Origin: Ignavibacteria bacterium
GTDB lineage: Bacteria > Bacteroidota > Ignavibacteria > Kapaibacteriales > UBA2268
Assembly (NCBI GenBank): GCA_026415495.1
Contig: JAOAGZ010000002.1
Location: 4,394-68,393, forward strand
Direction of reading: 5' to 3'
DNA length: 64,000 nt
In this document: positions 1 through 10,600 of the stretch, piece by piece
Numbering within the stretch: the stretch's first letter is position 1
How the letters are laid out: each line of letters begins with the position of its first letter
Notes under the pieces: generated by a model
What the model was told of the DNA's origin: nothing
The model's input: the letters and a program-made list of their open reading frames with translations, nothing else
The model's database searches: none
Made by a program: the position numbers and the translations under genes

Positions 1-1
1 T

Positions 2-355
2 CTGAATAAGAGAATTGATATTGATGATACTTTTGCCAATCATTTTACACCACCTAAATATTCAATTGAAGGTGTTGATTTAGTAACCGAAGGCGCTGTT
101 ACACTTAATCAATTATACAATGTATTGGACGAAGACCGTTCGCTGATGGACGAGCAAAATCCAGTAACAGAACTTTATGATTATTTGATGAATGCAGATA
201 GAATTAATTTTTTTGTTGGCACTTCGTATAATCCGGCAACTGATAATATTGGTTTTGTGCAACAAGGACTTCTTTCGAGAAAGAAAATCATTCCCTTGCT
301 TGCAGCAAGGTTTCGGGAGCTTGGAAAAGTTGTAGTAATTGAAGAAATAGATTAA
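2..355 (+). CDS. 3' end of a gene that starts upstream of the window; product unknown
   Basis: Frame 2 is open from the window edge to TAA at 353-355 (…GVDLVTEGAVTLNQLYNVLDEDRSLMDEQ…VVVIEEID*). No family recognised by eye. Confidence 0.5.
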   Translation: MNKRIDIDDTFANHFTPPKYSIEGVDLVTEGAVTLNQLYNVLDEDRSLMDEQNPVTELYDYLMNADRINFFVGTSYNPATDNIGFVQQGLLSRKKIIPLLAARFRELGKVVVIEEID

Positions 356-412
356 CAATATTGCTGAATTATTTCGTCTGAAACTTATATTTTACAATTT
401 TATGAGGATATT

Positions 413-925
413 ATGATTAAGAAAGTGATTGAAGACGCAATTAATCAGCAAATTGTTCGTGAAATGTATTCATCCAATCTTTATTTGGCAATGTCTGCGT
501 ATTTTGCATCAATCAATTTAAACGGATTTTCAAACTGGATGCATGTTCAAGCAGAAGAAGAAATGATGCATGCATTGAAGTTTTTCGATTATTTGATTGA
601 CCGCGGAGGCAAAGTAAAAATTGGACAGATTGCAGCACCACCATCAGAATGGGAATCGCCACTTGCAGCATTCGAAGATGCACTCCGTCACGAACAACTT
701 GTTACCGGATGGATTAATGAACTTGCAGATTTAGCATTTAGCGAAAAAGACCATGCGACTTCGAGCATGCTTCAATGGTTTATTGACGAGCAGGTCGAAG
801 AAGAAGCAACTGCTGGTGAAATTGTTGAGAGATTGAAACTTATTGGTGATTCGAAAGGTGCATTATTCTTCCTCGATAATGAATTAAAACAAAGAAAATC
901 TGCACCAAAGCAACCGGGCGAATAA
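413..925 (+). CDS. ftnA: Non-heme ferritin (ferritin-like di-iron four-helix bundle)
   Basis: The 170 aa product has typical bacterial ferritin sequence (NQQIVREMYSSNLYLAMSAYF…VQAEEEMMHALKFFDYL…HEQLVT…FIDEQVEEE). GAGG lies 5-6 nt upstream of the ATG. Confidence 0.9.
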   Translation: MIKKVIEDAINQQIVREMYSSNLYLAMSAYFASINLNGFSNWMHVQAEEEMMHALKFFDYLIDRGGKVKIGQIAAPPSEWESPLAAFEDALRHEQLVTGWINELADLAFSEKDHATSSMLQWFIDEQVEEEATAGEIVERLKLIGDSKGALFFLDNELKQRKSAPKQPGE

Positions 926-952
926 AATATGTTGGAATAAATATCTAAACAA

Positions 953-987
953 AGGAGGCTGAAAAACAATCAGCCTCCTTTTTTTAT
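953..987 (+). terminator. Rho-independent terminator after ferritin
   Basis: Stem AGGAGGCTG (953-961) pairs with CAGCCTCCT (971-979) and is followed by a T-run. It lies between convergent genes. Confidence 0.7.
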
Positions 988-991
988 TATA

Positions 992-2158
992 TTATTGGTT
1001 GATAAATTCAGCGATTTTTTGGACGACGTATTTAATTTGTTCTTCTGTGAGTTCAGGATAAATAGGTAAAGCCAGAGAAGTTTCTGCGAGAGCATTCGCA
1101 ATCGGGAATTCTTCATCCGGAAAACCGAGATAAGCGAAGCATTCCTGACGATGGAAAGGCACAGGATAATAAATTTCTGTCCCAATTGACTGAGACGAAA
1201 GAAATTGTCTTAATTCATCACGTTTTTCAACACGAATAATAAATTGATTATAGATATGATAATTATATACGCCGGTATCTTTGTAGATAGGCTTCGGTAG
1301 TAAAACTTTGTTCCGAGCATCAAAAGAAGTTGCTCCAACGCAATCAGCAAGTCCTGAATTAATGAATTCATTGTAATAAATTTCTGCATTATTTCTGCGC
1401 GCCTGGTGCCAACTTTCAAGATAAGGGAATTTCACATTTAAAACAGCTGCTTGAATAGCATCAAGACGGAAATTGCCACCGACAAATTTATGATAATATT
1501 TTGGTTCCATCCCGTGATTTCTCATCTGGAATAATTTTTTAGCAAGCATTTCATCATTTGTAACAATTAATCCACCGTCTCCAAAAGCACCTAAATTTTT
1601 AGTTGGGTAAAAAGAATAACAGCCCATTGTGCCCATAGAGCCCACAGGCTTACCATTTTTATATTGACATCCAATTGCTTGAGCAGCATCTTCGATTACC
1701 GGGATATTGTATTTATTTGCTATTTCCAAAATTTCATTCATTTCGCAAGCTTGACCGTAAAGATGAACAGGTATTATTGCTTTTGTTTTCGAGGTGATTT
1801 TATTTTCAATTAACGATGGGTTAATATTAAAAGTAACTGGATCGCTATCAACGAACACAGGTTTTGCAAATAAACGTGCAACTACACCAGCGGTAGCAAA
1901 GAATGAGTAAGTGGGCAGAATAACTTCATCGTCTGGACCAACACCCAAAGCCATCAAAGCCATAAGCAAGGCATCAGTCCCTGAAGATACTCCAATTGCA
2001 TATTTGGTGCAACAATAGTCAGCAAGCGATTTTTCTAATTTTGAAACTTCTTCGCCTAATATAAGCATCTGACTTTCGGCGATTTTCAGAAGAATTGGTT
2101 CAATCTCCTGTTTGATTGATTGATATTGTTGTCTTAAATCCAAAAGAGGTACATTCAT
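992..2158 (-). CDS. DegT/DnrJ/EryC1/StrS-family PLP-dependent sugar aminotransferase
   Basis: 388 aa. Family hallmarks are present: GVSSGTDAL, IPVHLYG, and SFYPTKNLGAFGDGG containing the PLP lysine. Confidence 0.9.
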   Translation of the reverse strand: MNVPLLDLRQQYQSIKQEIEPILLKIAESQMLILGEEVSKLEKSLADYCCTKYAIGVSSGTDALLMALMALGVGPDDEVILPTYSFFATAGVVARLFAKPVFVDSDPVTFNINPSLIENKITSKTKAIIPVHLYGQACEMNEILEIANKYNIPVIEDAAQAIGCQYKNGKPVGSMGTMGCYSFYPTKNLGAFGDGGLIVTNDEMLAKKLFQMRNHGMEPKYYHKFVGGNFRLDAIQAAVLNVKFPYLESWHQARRNNAEIYYNEFINSGLADCVGATSFDARNKVLLPKPIYKDTGVYNYHIYNQFIIRVEKRDELRQFLSSQSIGTEIYYPVPFHRQECFAYLGFPDEEFPIANALAETSLALPIYPELTEEQIKYVVQKIAEFINQ

Positions 2159-2172
2159 AATAATTCCTTGAT

Positions 2173-3465
2173 TTATTCTTTAATTTGAATTAGACGGAAA
2201 TTGCCAGTAGAAACCTGTTCAAAAGTGTATTCCTTAATCAGTCTGCGATATGTCCATTGCTCTCGCAATTTATTGTTTTGGTGAAATCTTCGAATATCAT
2301 CAGGTGGTCCGAAAAGAATATAAATCATTCCCCTATCGGTTAAAGCACCATCGTTTTGAGCTGGAGTTCTAAAAGCAACAGAGGAATAATCAACGCGAGC
2401 AAAGTATTCATTCATTGCTTCGTTGTACGGTGTGTTTGGTGTTGGGTCTAAGCGCTTCCAGTAGTCGAATAATTTTTCAGGAAGCTGACTTCTTTTGAAT
2501 GATCTAAATAGCTGGATTTCGTCATCAGTTAATATATATTCCATTACTCGTAACATATATTGAGGGTCTCGCAATGATTTGGGAATATTTTCCCAAACTA
2601 CCCTGAAATTAAATGTGTCCAATCTATCTCCGTACTTAAGAATCAGATTGTATGAACCAGGCACAAATGTGTTTGGTTTATCAATCAATGCAAAAAACGG
2701 ATTATTAGCATCAGAATTATTTTTTGAAATTGCAACGCCAGCGTCAGTTAATTCGAAGCTCAAATAAATATTTGAGGCTGGTTCAATTTCATCTGAAATC
2801 GGAGAAAAATCACCCCAATTAATTGCTTCTTTTTCATCGATTTTTGTGATTTCATAGCGAATTTTTTCGCTACGATTTGATAAAATTACCGGTAGATATA
2901 TAGAAAAATTTGGAACGGCAAAAGAAATGCCATTAGCAACCTGCGAAACATATTCTTTTTCTTTTGAATTATATGTAAAAATTGGGAGGTATTTAACATT
3001 GCCTGGTTTATCTTTGCTGAACTGGAAATTGCTCCTGTGAAGAACTTGATTGCGAAAATCTAAAAGTTGAATTTGAACGAAGTAAGTTGATAATGGAAGC
3101 CTCTGGTTGATAAAACCAAACTTATAATTATTGATAGCTTTTGTTTCATCAAAAGTATTAACAATGATTGTGTCAAAAACATTAGCTCTGCGGCGAATTA
3201 TTCCATTAGCATCACGGAACGTGGCTTCGAGTTGATAATTAGTAGAAAAACCTGTTGATTGCTGGTTGAATAAAAGAGCCTGAAAGGCAATTTTGTAGAA
3301 GATAGTAATTTCCACACTATCAGGTGTATAAGATGGTTGAGCAAAGTAGTCAAAGACAAAATTACCTGGTTCTCTATTAGGAGAATTTCTTTCGGGTTGA
3401 GAGAAACAATCTGAAAAAATAAGCATTGTTAATAGAGCGGCAGTAATAATAAATTTGCGTGTCAT
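2173..3465 (-). CDS. Secreted GWxTD-domain protein (degenerate motif GALTD)
   Basis: 430 aa with an N-terminal signal peptide. The C-terminal ~120 aa align by eye with the paralog at 5150-6589 (…DYWKRLDPTP…ARVDY…GALTDRGMIYILFGPPD). The motif is encoded at 2335-2349. Confidence 0.75.
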   Translation of the reverse strand: MTRKFIITAALLTMLIFSDCFSQPERNSPNREPGNFVFDYFAQPSYTPDSVEITIFYKIAFQALLFNQQSTGFSTNYQLEATFRDANGIIRRRANVFDTIIVNTFDETKAINNYKFGFINQRLPLSTYFVQIQLLDFRNQVLHRSNFQFSKDKPGNVKYLPIFTYNSKEKEYVSQVANGISFAVPNFSIYLPVILSNRSEKIRYEITKIDEKEAINWGDFSPISDEIEPASNIYLSFELTDAGVAISKNNSDANNPFFALIDKPNTFVPGSYNLILKYGDRLDTFNFRVVWENIPKSLRDPQYMLRVMEYILTDDEIQLFRSFKRSQLPEKLFDYWKRLDPTPNTPYNEAMNEYFARVDYSSVAFRTPAQNDGALTDRGMIYILFGPPDDIRRFHQNNKLREQWTYRRLIKEYTFEQVSTGNFRLIQIKE

Positions 3466-3466
3466 A

Positions 3467-3925
3467 TTAACCTAAGTAGTAATCAAGAAAATTTCTTAAA
3501 ATCAGAGCAGCGGCGATTTTATCTTTTTCGCCTTTCTGGCTACGTTTTTTTTTGGGCTTATCAATTGCTAACATAGTCTGGACAGCGTTACGAGAAGTAT
3601 AACTTTCATCAAAGATGTAAACATCCATCCCAGATTTGCTGCGAAGCAAATCGATAAAGACATTCAAAGCGTTAGTAATATCAGTTTCAGTTTGTTTATC
3701 GTAGAAAGGCACACCAACAACGCAAGCTTTTGCTTTTTGTTTATTAATAATTGCTAACAATCGTTCCCAAAAATCTTGTTTTGAATAATCCAACGTTTCT
3801 AATGGAGTAGTTGTAATACCGAGTTCGTCAGATATAGCCAATCCAACTCTTTTTAGTCCGAAATCAACTCCAAGTATTCGGCTTCCCTTAATATTAGTTT
3901 TAATATCTTGCTCGTTTAAATTCAT
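3467..3925 (-). CDS. ruvX: Holliday junction resolvase-like nuclease RuvX (YqgF)
   Basis: 152 aa. ILGVDFGLKRVGLAISD and a DESYTS-type motif are typical of YqgF/RuvX. Confidence 0.9.
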   Translation of the reverse strand: MNLNEQDIKTNIKGSRILGVDFGLKRVGLAISDELGITTTPLETLDYSKQDFWERLLAIINKQKAKACVVGVPFYDKQTETDITNALNVFIDLLRSKSGMDVYIFDESYTSRNAVQTMLAIDKPKKKRSQKGEKDKIAAALILRNFLDYYLG

Positions 3926-3934
3926 AAATTCAAT

Positions 3935-4252
3935 TTAATAAATTTCTGGTTCCCATAAAAAATTTTTGAGGTCGACGCATCCATTAATAAACTCAACACC
4001 TTCGGCAACTAGCATTTGTTCCATAAAATCGGGTGTCGGGAAATTGTGTTTACCAGTTAGTTCACCGTTTCTATTGACAACGCGATGAAAAGGCAAATCA
4101 AGTTTGCCAGCTGCTGCAGCACACGCCATTCCGACTAATCGAGCTGAGCGAGAAATTCCCAAAGCACGAGCAATTGCACCATAAGTTGTAACCTTACCAT
4201 AAGGTATTTGTGCAATAACTTCATAAACACGGAAATAAAAATCATCACTCAA
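3935..4252 (-). CDS. MGMT-family alkyltransferase-like (ATL/YbaZ-type) DNA-binding protein lacking the acceptor cysteine
   Basis: YGKVTTYGAIARALG…LPFHRVVNRNGELTG has Phe where MGMT has the PCHRV cysteine. The ORF is open up to 4402, but that part overlaps the upstream gene by 158 nt. A TTG at 4252-4250 would give a ~105 aa YbaZ-sized protein overlapping the upstream stop by 8 nt. Confidence 0.75.
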   Translation of the reverse strand: MSDDFYFRVYEVIAQIPYGKVTTYGAIARALGISRSARLVGMACAAAAGKLDLPFHRVVNRNGELTGKHNFPTPDFMEQMLVAEGVEFINGCVDLKNFLWEPEIY

Positions 4253-5153
4253 TTTTTTTGTAGTCGACGGAATGTTTCCAGCGTTTATGTTCCCATACCC
4301 ACTGTTCCGGGGCTTTAAGTATTTGTTTTTCAAGTGCTTCGACATGACGACGAGTAAGAATTTTAATATTTTCCTTGCTATATGATAAGTCTGAAAAGTC
4401 AAGTTCCTTTAAATCAATTGTATAAGTGAAATCCTGATTACGAAAGGCAAAGCCATAAACAATAGGTGTGCGAAAACGTAGAGCGAGTTCAGCCGGAGCA
4501 TCATAAGTGAGAGCTGGAGTAGTAAAAAAATCGATAAAATTATCTTTACCGAATTTTGCAGATTGATCTACAAGCATAGCAATGGCTTCATTTTTTCTGA
4601 TAGCATGGATAATTTGACGAGCTGCATTGTTCATCGGGACAACATTATTCCCAAATTTCGTTCTTGTTTTCGTGATAGATTTATTGACAAATTTGTTTTT
4701 CTGTTTTTGAACAATTACGTTTATTGGCACTTTACTGTAAATCCCAGCAGCAATTGCAGCATATTCCCAATTCCCATAATGAGCAGAAAGAAAGATAAGT
4801 CCCTTATTTTGACTTAGAAGTTGAGGAACTAACTCAATATTGTTTATTTTAATAAGTTTAGTAATATCTTTTTCGCTAAAAAATTCAGCAGCGGAAGTTT
4901 CAATAAATACAATAGATAAATTTTGGAAAGACTTGCGAGCAATTTTTTTAAGTTCATCAAAAGACTTATCAGGGAAAGCTATTCTAAGATTATAAAGAGC
5001 AATTTTTTTCCTTTTGCTTGGTATTAAAAATAAAAAGTTACCAATACACATCCCCAAATGACCACGAAATTTTGGTGGAAGCAAGGAAGCAATCCATCCA
5101 AGAATTTTCATTAATATATATGTAAAATAATCGATTAAAACTGATTTTCTCAT
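4245..5153 (-). CDS. LpxL/HtrB-family lysophospholipid (lipid A late) acyltransferase
   Basis: 302 aa with an N-terminal TM segment. LSAHYGNWE is the HX4[DE] acyltransferase motif. The length is typical for this family. Confidence 0.8.
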   Translation of the reverse strand: MRKSVLIDYFTYILMKILGWIASLLPPKFRGHLGMCIGNFLFLIPSKRKKIALYNLRIAFPDKSFDELKKIARKSFQNLSIVFIETSAAEFFSEKDITKLIKINNIELVPQLLSQNKGLIFLSAHYGNWEYAAIAAGIYSKVPINVIVQKQKNKFVNKSITKTRTKFGNNVVPMNNAARQIIHAIRKNEAIAMLVDQSAKFGKDNFIDFFTTPALTYDAPAELALRFRTPIVYGFAFRNQDFTYTIDLKELDFSDLSYSKENIKILTRRHVEALEKQILKAPEQWVWEHKRWKHSVDYKKIE

Positions 5154-6589
5154 CTATACTTTCTCGTATCCTCATCAATTTGATAATCTTTTCTGTTTTC
5201 TTTAGTAATTGGAACATATAATTCATACCAATCTTGATTGTATATTTCGCCTGATTTTGTAGAATGGACTTGTTGAAAATTACCAAAACCTCCAACATCA
5301 ACAAAATAGAAATAGACTCCACCTTCAAGCTCTGAATAGAACCAAACTTCGTAAGCACGTTCATTTCCTCTTTGAGGGAAATAATCTTTGTTCGACGGTT
5401 CTCCATATTTCAGAAAAGCACGACCGCGATCTGTATCCCAGCCATTTTGCTTTCCACCCCAGGAGAAAAATTTATTAGCCTGATCGATTCTTTTCTTATA
5501 GTTATACCGGGCTAAATTAATGGAAGAGGTTGTATCTGTGTTTCTTCGCTGCCAGAAAGAAAAGAGAAAACGAGCTTTCGCAGTAGGGTCAGAAAGCAAG
5601 CGGAATTGGTCTATTTCTTCTTTTGAGGCAATAAATCGAACTTGTTGAAATTCCTGATTTAACTGATCTTCGGACATAGTTGCAAATTCTGAAAGCTCGA
5701 AAGTATGGTCGATACCACGAGAAAGCTCTAAAACCGGGGGCAAATCAGGGTTAATTAAGTAAAACTTTTTGGAAATGGTAACAGAATCGTATGAGTTTAT
5801 TGCCTTTGCAGCTACAACTAAATTGTAAACTCCTGTAGGAATAGCATCCAGAGGAATTTCGATTGTTTCAACCATTCCATCAAATAATGATTTCAGTTGC
5901 TTTGGGAAATAAAAGACTTCGCGATTTGCACCATCGAATATATAGTAATGCAGTTGAACACCATCAGGAGAAACTTTATTTGCATTGTATATTTCAAAAT
6001 AAGATTTAAGTGAAGGCGAACTTCCATATATTTCTGCTGATGGATTTGGATAAACATACAGAGAATTACGTAAAAATTGTTCATTTGCAAAAATTCCGGC
6101 ATTCTTCTGGTTGAGAATTAGGTTTGCCAGCACAATATCGCTAAGTTCAAGACGGTCGTCTTTCATTTTGCGAATAAATAAATCAAATTTTGCAGATTTC
6201 GCATAATTTTTTTGATTGAGATCAGTAACTGAAAATTCAACTGTGTATTGTCCTTCTTTTAGTCGAAAAGAACGAACGCCGAACAATTTTACATCGCTAT
6301 CCGGATTAATTTCAGTTACATTGTATGTTGTAATCCATTTGTCTTCGAATTCTAAGCCCAATGAACTGAAAAATTTGATATTAAACTGAATTTTTGAGAC
6401 AAATAAATTATCTTCGTAAACAAATTTTACATCTCTCTCATCGAAAGAATAATATAGATTCCATTCATAAAAATCTGAGCCTAAATAAAACTGAGCAGAA
6501 GAAATATCAATCGACAATTTGTCTTGATTAGCAAATGAAGGCGTTATACACAAAAGAAAAACAGAAATTATACAAAAAGTCTTATTCAT
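5150..6589 (-). CDS. Secreted GWxTD-domain protein
   Basis: 479 aa with a signal peptide (…ITPSFANQ). The canonical GWDTD motif is encoded at 5429-5443 (…GKQNGWDTDRGRAFLKYGEP). Confidence 0.8.
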   Translation of the reverse strand: MNKTFCIISVFLLCITPSFANQDKLSIDISSAQFYLGSDFYEWNLYYSFDERDVKFVYEDNLFVSKIQFNIKFFSSLGLEFEDKWITTYNVTEINPDSDVKLFGVRSFRLKEGQYTVEFSVTDLNQKNYAKSAKFDLFIRKMKDDRLELSDIVLANLILNQKNAGIFANEQFLRNSLYVYPNPSAEIYGSSPSLKSYFEIYNANKVSPDGVQLHYYIFDGANREVFYFPKQLKSLFDGMVETIEIPLDAIPTGVYNLVVAAKAINSYDSVTISKKFYLINPDLPPVLELSRGIDHTFELSEFATMSEDQLNQEFQQVRFIASKEEIDQFRLLSDPTAKARFLFSFWQRRNTDTTSSINLARYNYKKRIDQANKFFSWGGKQNGWDTDRGRAFLKYGEPSNKDYFPQRGNERAYEVWFYSELEGGVYFYFVDVGGFGNFQQVHSTKSGEIYNQDWYELYVPITKENRKDYQIDEDTRKYR

Positions 6590-6729
6590 CCCAAATATCT
6601 CAATAATAATTTTTCACAAAATCGATTGAATACAATTTAATTAAAATGAAAATGATTTTCAATAAATAATAAACTAATTTAATATAAAAGACGTATAATA
6701 TAAATATTTCTTATTTTTGGAGGACTGTT

Positions 6730-7482
6730 ATGGAATTCACTTTCGTCTTAGTACTATTCATAATCTTAATAATAAGTTCATCAATCAAAGTAATCCGCGA
6801 ATATGAAAGAGCAGTGGTTTTCCGATTAGGACGGTTGATAGGTTCGAAGGGACCAGGTATTATTATATTAATTCCTTTTATTGATAAGATGGTGAGAGTG
6901 AGCCTTCGGACAATTGCTTTCGACGTCGAATCGCAAGATGTAATAACCAAAGATAATGTGTCCATCAAAGTGAATGCTGTTCTATATTTCAGAGTAATGT
7001 ATCCAGATAAGGCTATTGTAGAAGTTGAAAACTATTTGTATGCAACCAATCAAATAGCCCAAACTACTTTAAGAAGTATTCTTGGACAAAGTGATTTGGA
7101 TGAATTGCTATCTGAGCGCGAAAGTATTAACAGGAAGCTTCAAGCAATTATTGATGAACACACAGAACCGTGGGGAGTAAAAGTAACATCAGTCGAGGTT
7201 AAACAAATTGATTTACCAATAGAGATGCAGCGAGCAATGGCAAAACAAGCAGAAGCTGAACGTGAACGTCGCGCAAAAATTATACGTGCTGAAGGAGAAA
7301 ATCAGGCTGCAAAAACACTCACCGAAGCAGCAGCTCAAATTCAGGAATATCCGGTTGCTCTTCAATTGCGTTATCTGCAATCGCTTACCGATATTGCTTC
7401 TGAAAAGAATTCGACTACTGTTTTCCCAATTCCAATTGACTTAATTAAGCCATTTATTGAGAATTATTTAAAGAAGGAATAG
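6730..7482 (+). CDS. SPFH/Band-7 (stomatin/slipin-like) membrane protein
   Basis: 250 aa with an N-terminal TM segment. It has [13 protein letters not shown], a PHB domain, and the [12 protein letters not shown] coiled-coil tail. GGAGG lies upstream of the start. Confidence 0.9.
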   Translation: MEFTFVLVLFIILIISSSIKVIREYERAVVFRLGRLIGSKGPGIIILIPFIDKMVRVSLRTIAFDVESQDVITKDNVSIKVNAVLYFRVMYPDKAIVEVENYLYATNQIAQTTLRSILGQSDLDELLSERESINRKLQAIIDEHTEPWGVKVTSVEVKQIDLPIEMQRAMAKQAEAERERRAKIIRAEGENQAAKTLTEAAAQIQEYPVALQLRYLQSLTDIASEKNSTTVFPIPIDLIKPFIENYLKKE

Positions 7483-7510
7483 TTTTTTTACTTATTTCAA
7501 GAATAAATTT

Positions 7511-7543
7511 AAAGGCTGTTGTTGCAAAACAACAGCCTTTTTA
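7511..7543 (+). terminator. Rho-independent terminator after the SPFH gene
   Basis: AAAGGCTGTTGTT-GCAA-AACAACAGCCTTT is a perfect 13-bp stem followed by TT. Confidence 0.7.
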
Positions 7544-7553
7544 TAAGTTGCAC

Positions 7554-7581
7554 TTGACATTATTAGTAGAAGTGATATTCT
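7554..7581 (+). promoter_or_regulatory. Candidate sigma70-type promoter for the 2-oxoglutarate dehydrogenase gene
   Basis: TTGACA (7554-7559), a 16-nt spacer, then TATTCT (7576-7581), about 65 nt upstream of the ATG. This is a pattern match only. Confidence 0.25.
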
Positions 7582-7644
7582 ACAATGTAATATTAACAAA
7601 AACGTTAAGAGATTATTAATTTATTCAACAATTTTACGATAAAA

Positions 7645-10600
7645 ATGAGCGAAATAAATTCAGCATTCGTTGAAGAACTATACTATAACTACCTTCGGGA
7701 CCCACATTCAGTAAGCAAAGAGTGGCAAGAATACTTTTCACAAAAAGGTATTATCAAACCAAAAACAAGTGAAAAACCTGAAACTGCACCTATTCAAGCT
7801 ACTAAAATCCAACAAGATGCTGAAATTGAAATATTATCCTCAATATCAGCAAAAATTGCAGAAAATATGGCAAAAAGTCTGGAAATTCCTACTGCTACAT
7901 CTGTTAGGACTATTCCGGTAAAACTACTTGATGAAAACAGGCAGATCATTAATAAGCATCTATTAAATATAAAGAGAAAGAAAATATCATTTACTCACAT
8001 TTTGGCTTGGGCAATCGTAAAAGCGTTAACAAAGTTTCCTCAGATGAATTCACATTTTGATTTAATAGATGGGAAACCTGCAAAAATCAGAAAGAAACAT
8101 ATCAATTTAGGTTTGGCAATTGATTTGGAACGCAAAGATGGTTCACGTCTGCTACTTGTACCAAACATAAAAAATGCGGAAGAGCTCACATTTTCTGAAT
8201 TTATTGAGCAATACGATTTATTAATAGACAAAGCACGCAACAATAAGCTTGATTTAGCCGATTTGGAGGGCACAACTGTTACATTAACAAATCCTGGAAT
8301 GATTGGAACAACGCACTCAAGTCCAAGATTAATGAAAGGACAGGGTTTGATTGTTGCAACCGGTTCGATTGACTATCCAACAGAGTTTCAGGCAGTAAAC
8401 CCAGCGATATTGACTGATATGGCAATATCCAAAGTCGTAACAATTACTTCAACATACGACCACAGAATAATTCAAGGTGCCGAAAGTGCTGAATTTCTTG
8501 CATACATTTCAAATTTATTGTTGGGTAAAGACAATTTTTATTATCAAATCTTTTATAGTCTGGATGTTCCTTTCGAACCACTACATTGGCAAACTGATAT
8601 TGAGAATAAAAAAACATATCCGTTGAATATCGAGGACAAAATTGAGAAAAATGCGCATATAATGCTGATGATTAATGCTTATAGAGTGCGGGGACATTTA
8701 TTAGCATCAAGTAATCCATTAGGAAGAGCAGTATATTATTATCCGGAATTAGATCCTGCATATTATGGGCTGACAATTTGGGATTTAGATAGATATTTTC
8801 ACGCTGATGACAGTTGGGAAAAGAACGAACTTACATTCAGGGAAATTTTCGAAATACTCCGAAGTACTTATTGCGGGCATATTGGATATGAATTTATGCA
8901 TATTCAGGCTCCGGACAAAAAAGAATGGATAAAAACAAAGCTTGAAACAAAGAGTTTAAAACCAAAAATCTCCAAAGAAGAAAAGATACAAATTTTACAT
9001 AAGTTAATAGATGCTGAATTCTTTGAAAATTATTTACATACAAAGTATATCGGGCACAAGAGATTTTCTTTGGAAGGTGGCGAAACATTAATAGTTCTGC
9101 TTTCGCAACTATTTGAGAAAGCAGCCGAACATCATCTTAATTCAATAGTAATTGGAATGGCACATCGAGGTCGGTTGAACGTATTAGTTAATAATGTTGG
9201 GAAAAAACCTGAATTAATATTTAATGAATTCGAAGGCGACTATGCACCTGAATTGGATCAAGCAGCAGGCGATGTGAAATATCATTTAGGCAACAAAGGG
9301 AAATATACCGGGAAAAATGGACATACTTTGGAGATACTTCTTTCTCCAAATCCAAGTCATCTTGAATTAGTTAATCCGGTAATTGCCGGAATGGCAAGAG
9401 CAATAGATAATAAGATACAAGACGGAACTTATTCTAAAGCCTTACCGATAAACATTCATGGTGATGCTGCATTTGCTGGCCAGGGAATTGTTGCAGAAAC
9501 GTTAAATTTATCACAGTTGGAAGGATACAAGGTTGGCGGAACAATTCATATCGTCGTGAATAATCAAATTGGATTTACTACGCCATCGGACGCCTCTCGT
9601 TCCACTTATTATGCCACTGATATTGCAAAGATGATACAATCGCCAATTTTGCATGTGAACGGAAACGATCCGGAAGCGGTTTTTGAAGCAGCGATTTTTG
9701 CAATGGAATATAGAGAAGCGTTTAAAAGCGATGTAATTATAGACCTATTATGCTATCGCAAATACGGGCACAATGAAGGAGATGAACCTACATACACTCA
9801 GCCATTGCTTTACAAAAAAATAAAGTCAATGCCGCCTATTTCAAAAATTTATCAGAATGAACTCATTAGAGAAAAAGTTATTAATAATCAAGATGTAGAA
9901 AATTATTTATCCAGTATTAAGCTAAAATACGAAGAAGCATATAATAATAGAGTGTTTTTCAAAGGACAGAAGAAGTTTGAATTTTTCTTGAAGGAAGGCA
10001 GAACAATTTCGCCGTATTTTACGGCTATTCACGATAATTTACTTAAAGAGATAACAGAAGCAATAACTACTATTCCTGATAATTTCAATCTGAACCCGAA
10101 ATTAAAGCAATTTCTAAAGAAGCGATACGAGATGGTGTTTGATAGTGATGGAGCAATAGATTGGGCTATGGCAGAAGCTCTGGCGTTTGGATCGCTGCTG
10201 GTTGAGGGACGAGATGTAAGATTTAGCGGACAAGATAGCAGACGAGGAACATTCAGCCAAAGACACGCTGTTCTCTATGATTATTACAATGAAGATATTT
10301 ACATTCCTTTAAATCATATTCGCAAAAATCAAGGGAGAATGAGGATATTCGACAGTCCGTTGTCTGAAGTAGCGACACTTGGATATGAATATGGCTATAG
10401 CATTATTGCAGATAGTGATTTAACGGTATGGGAAGCACAATTTGGAGATTTTGCAAACAACGCTCAAACATTTTTTGATCAATATATTAGCTGCGGTGAA
10501 GTAAAATGGGGGCAAAATTCTAATCTGGTTGTATTACTCCCCCATGGTTATGATGGACAGGGATCTGAGCATTCGAGCGCCCGATTAGAAAGGTATTTAC

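Noticed and set aside
953-987. Three terminators (953-987, 7511-7543, 58292-58325) share an AGGCTG…CAGCCT stem core, which could indicate a repeat or REP-like element family.
   Set aside because: Only about 6 bp are shared, and the loops and flanks differ. GC-rich stems in an AT-rich genome converge on a few sequences. A genome-wide motif count would be needed to claim a family.
4253-4402. An N-terminal extension of the ATL ORF gives a 155-aa version starting at 4402.
   Set aside because: The extension overlaps the upstream acyltransferase gene by 158 nt in another frame. It adds ~50 residues with no counterpart in YbaZ-type ATL proteins. A TTG start at 4252 fits better.
6730-7482. The SPFH/stomatin-like gene has no NfeD partner gene next to it.
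   Set aside because: The gene is monocistronic between a clear promoter region and a terminator. NfeD-less slipins are known, and a partner could be elsewhere. Interest is low.
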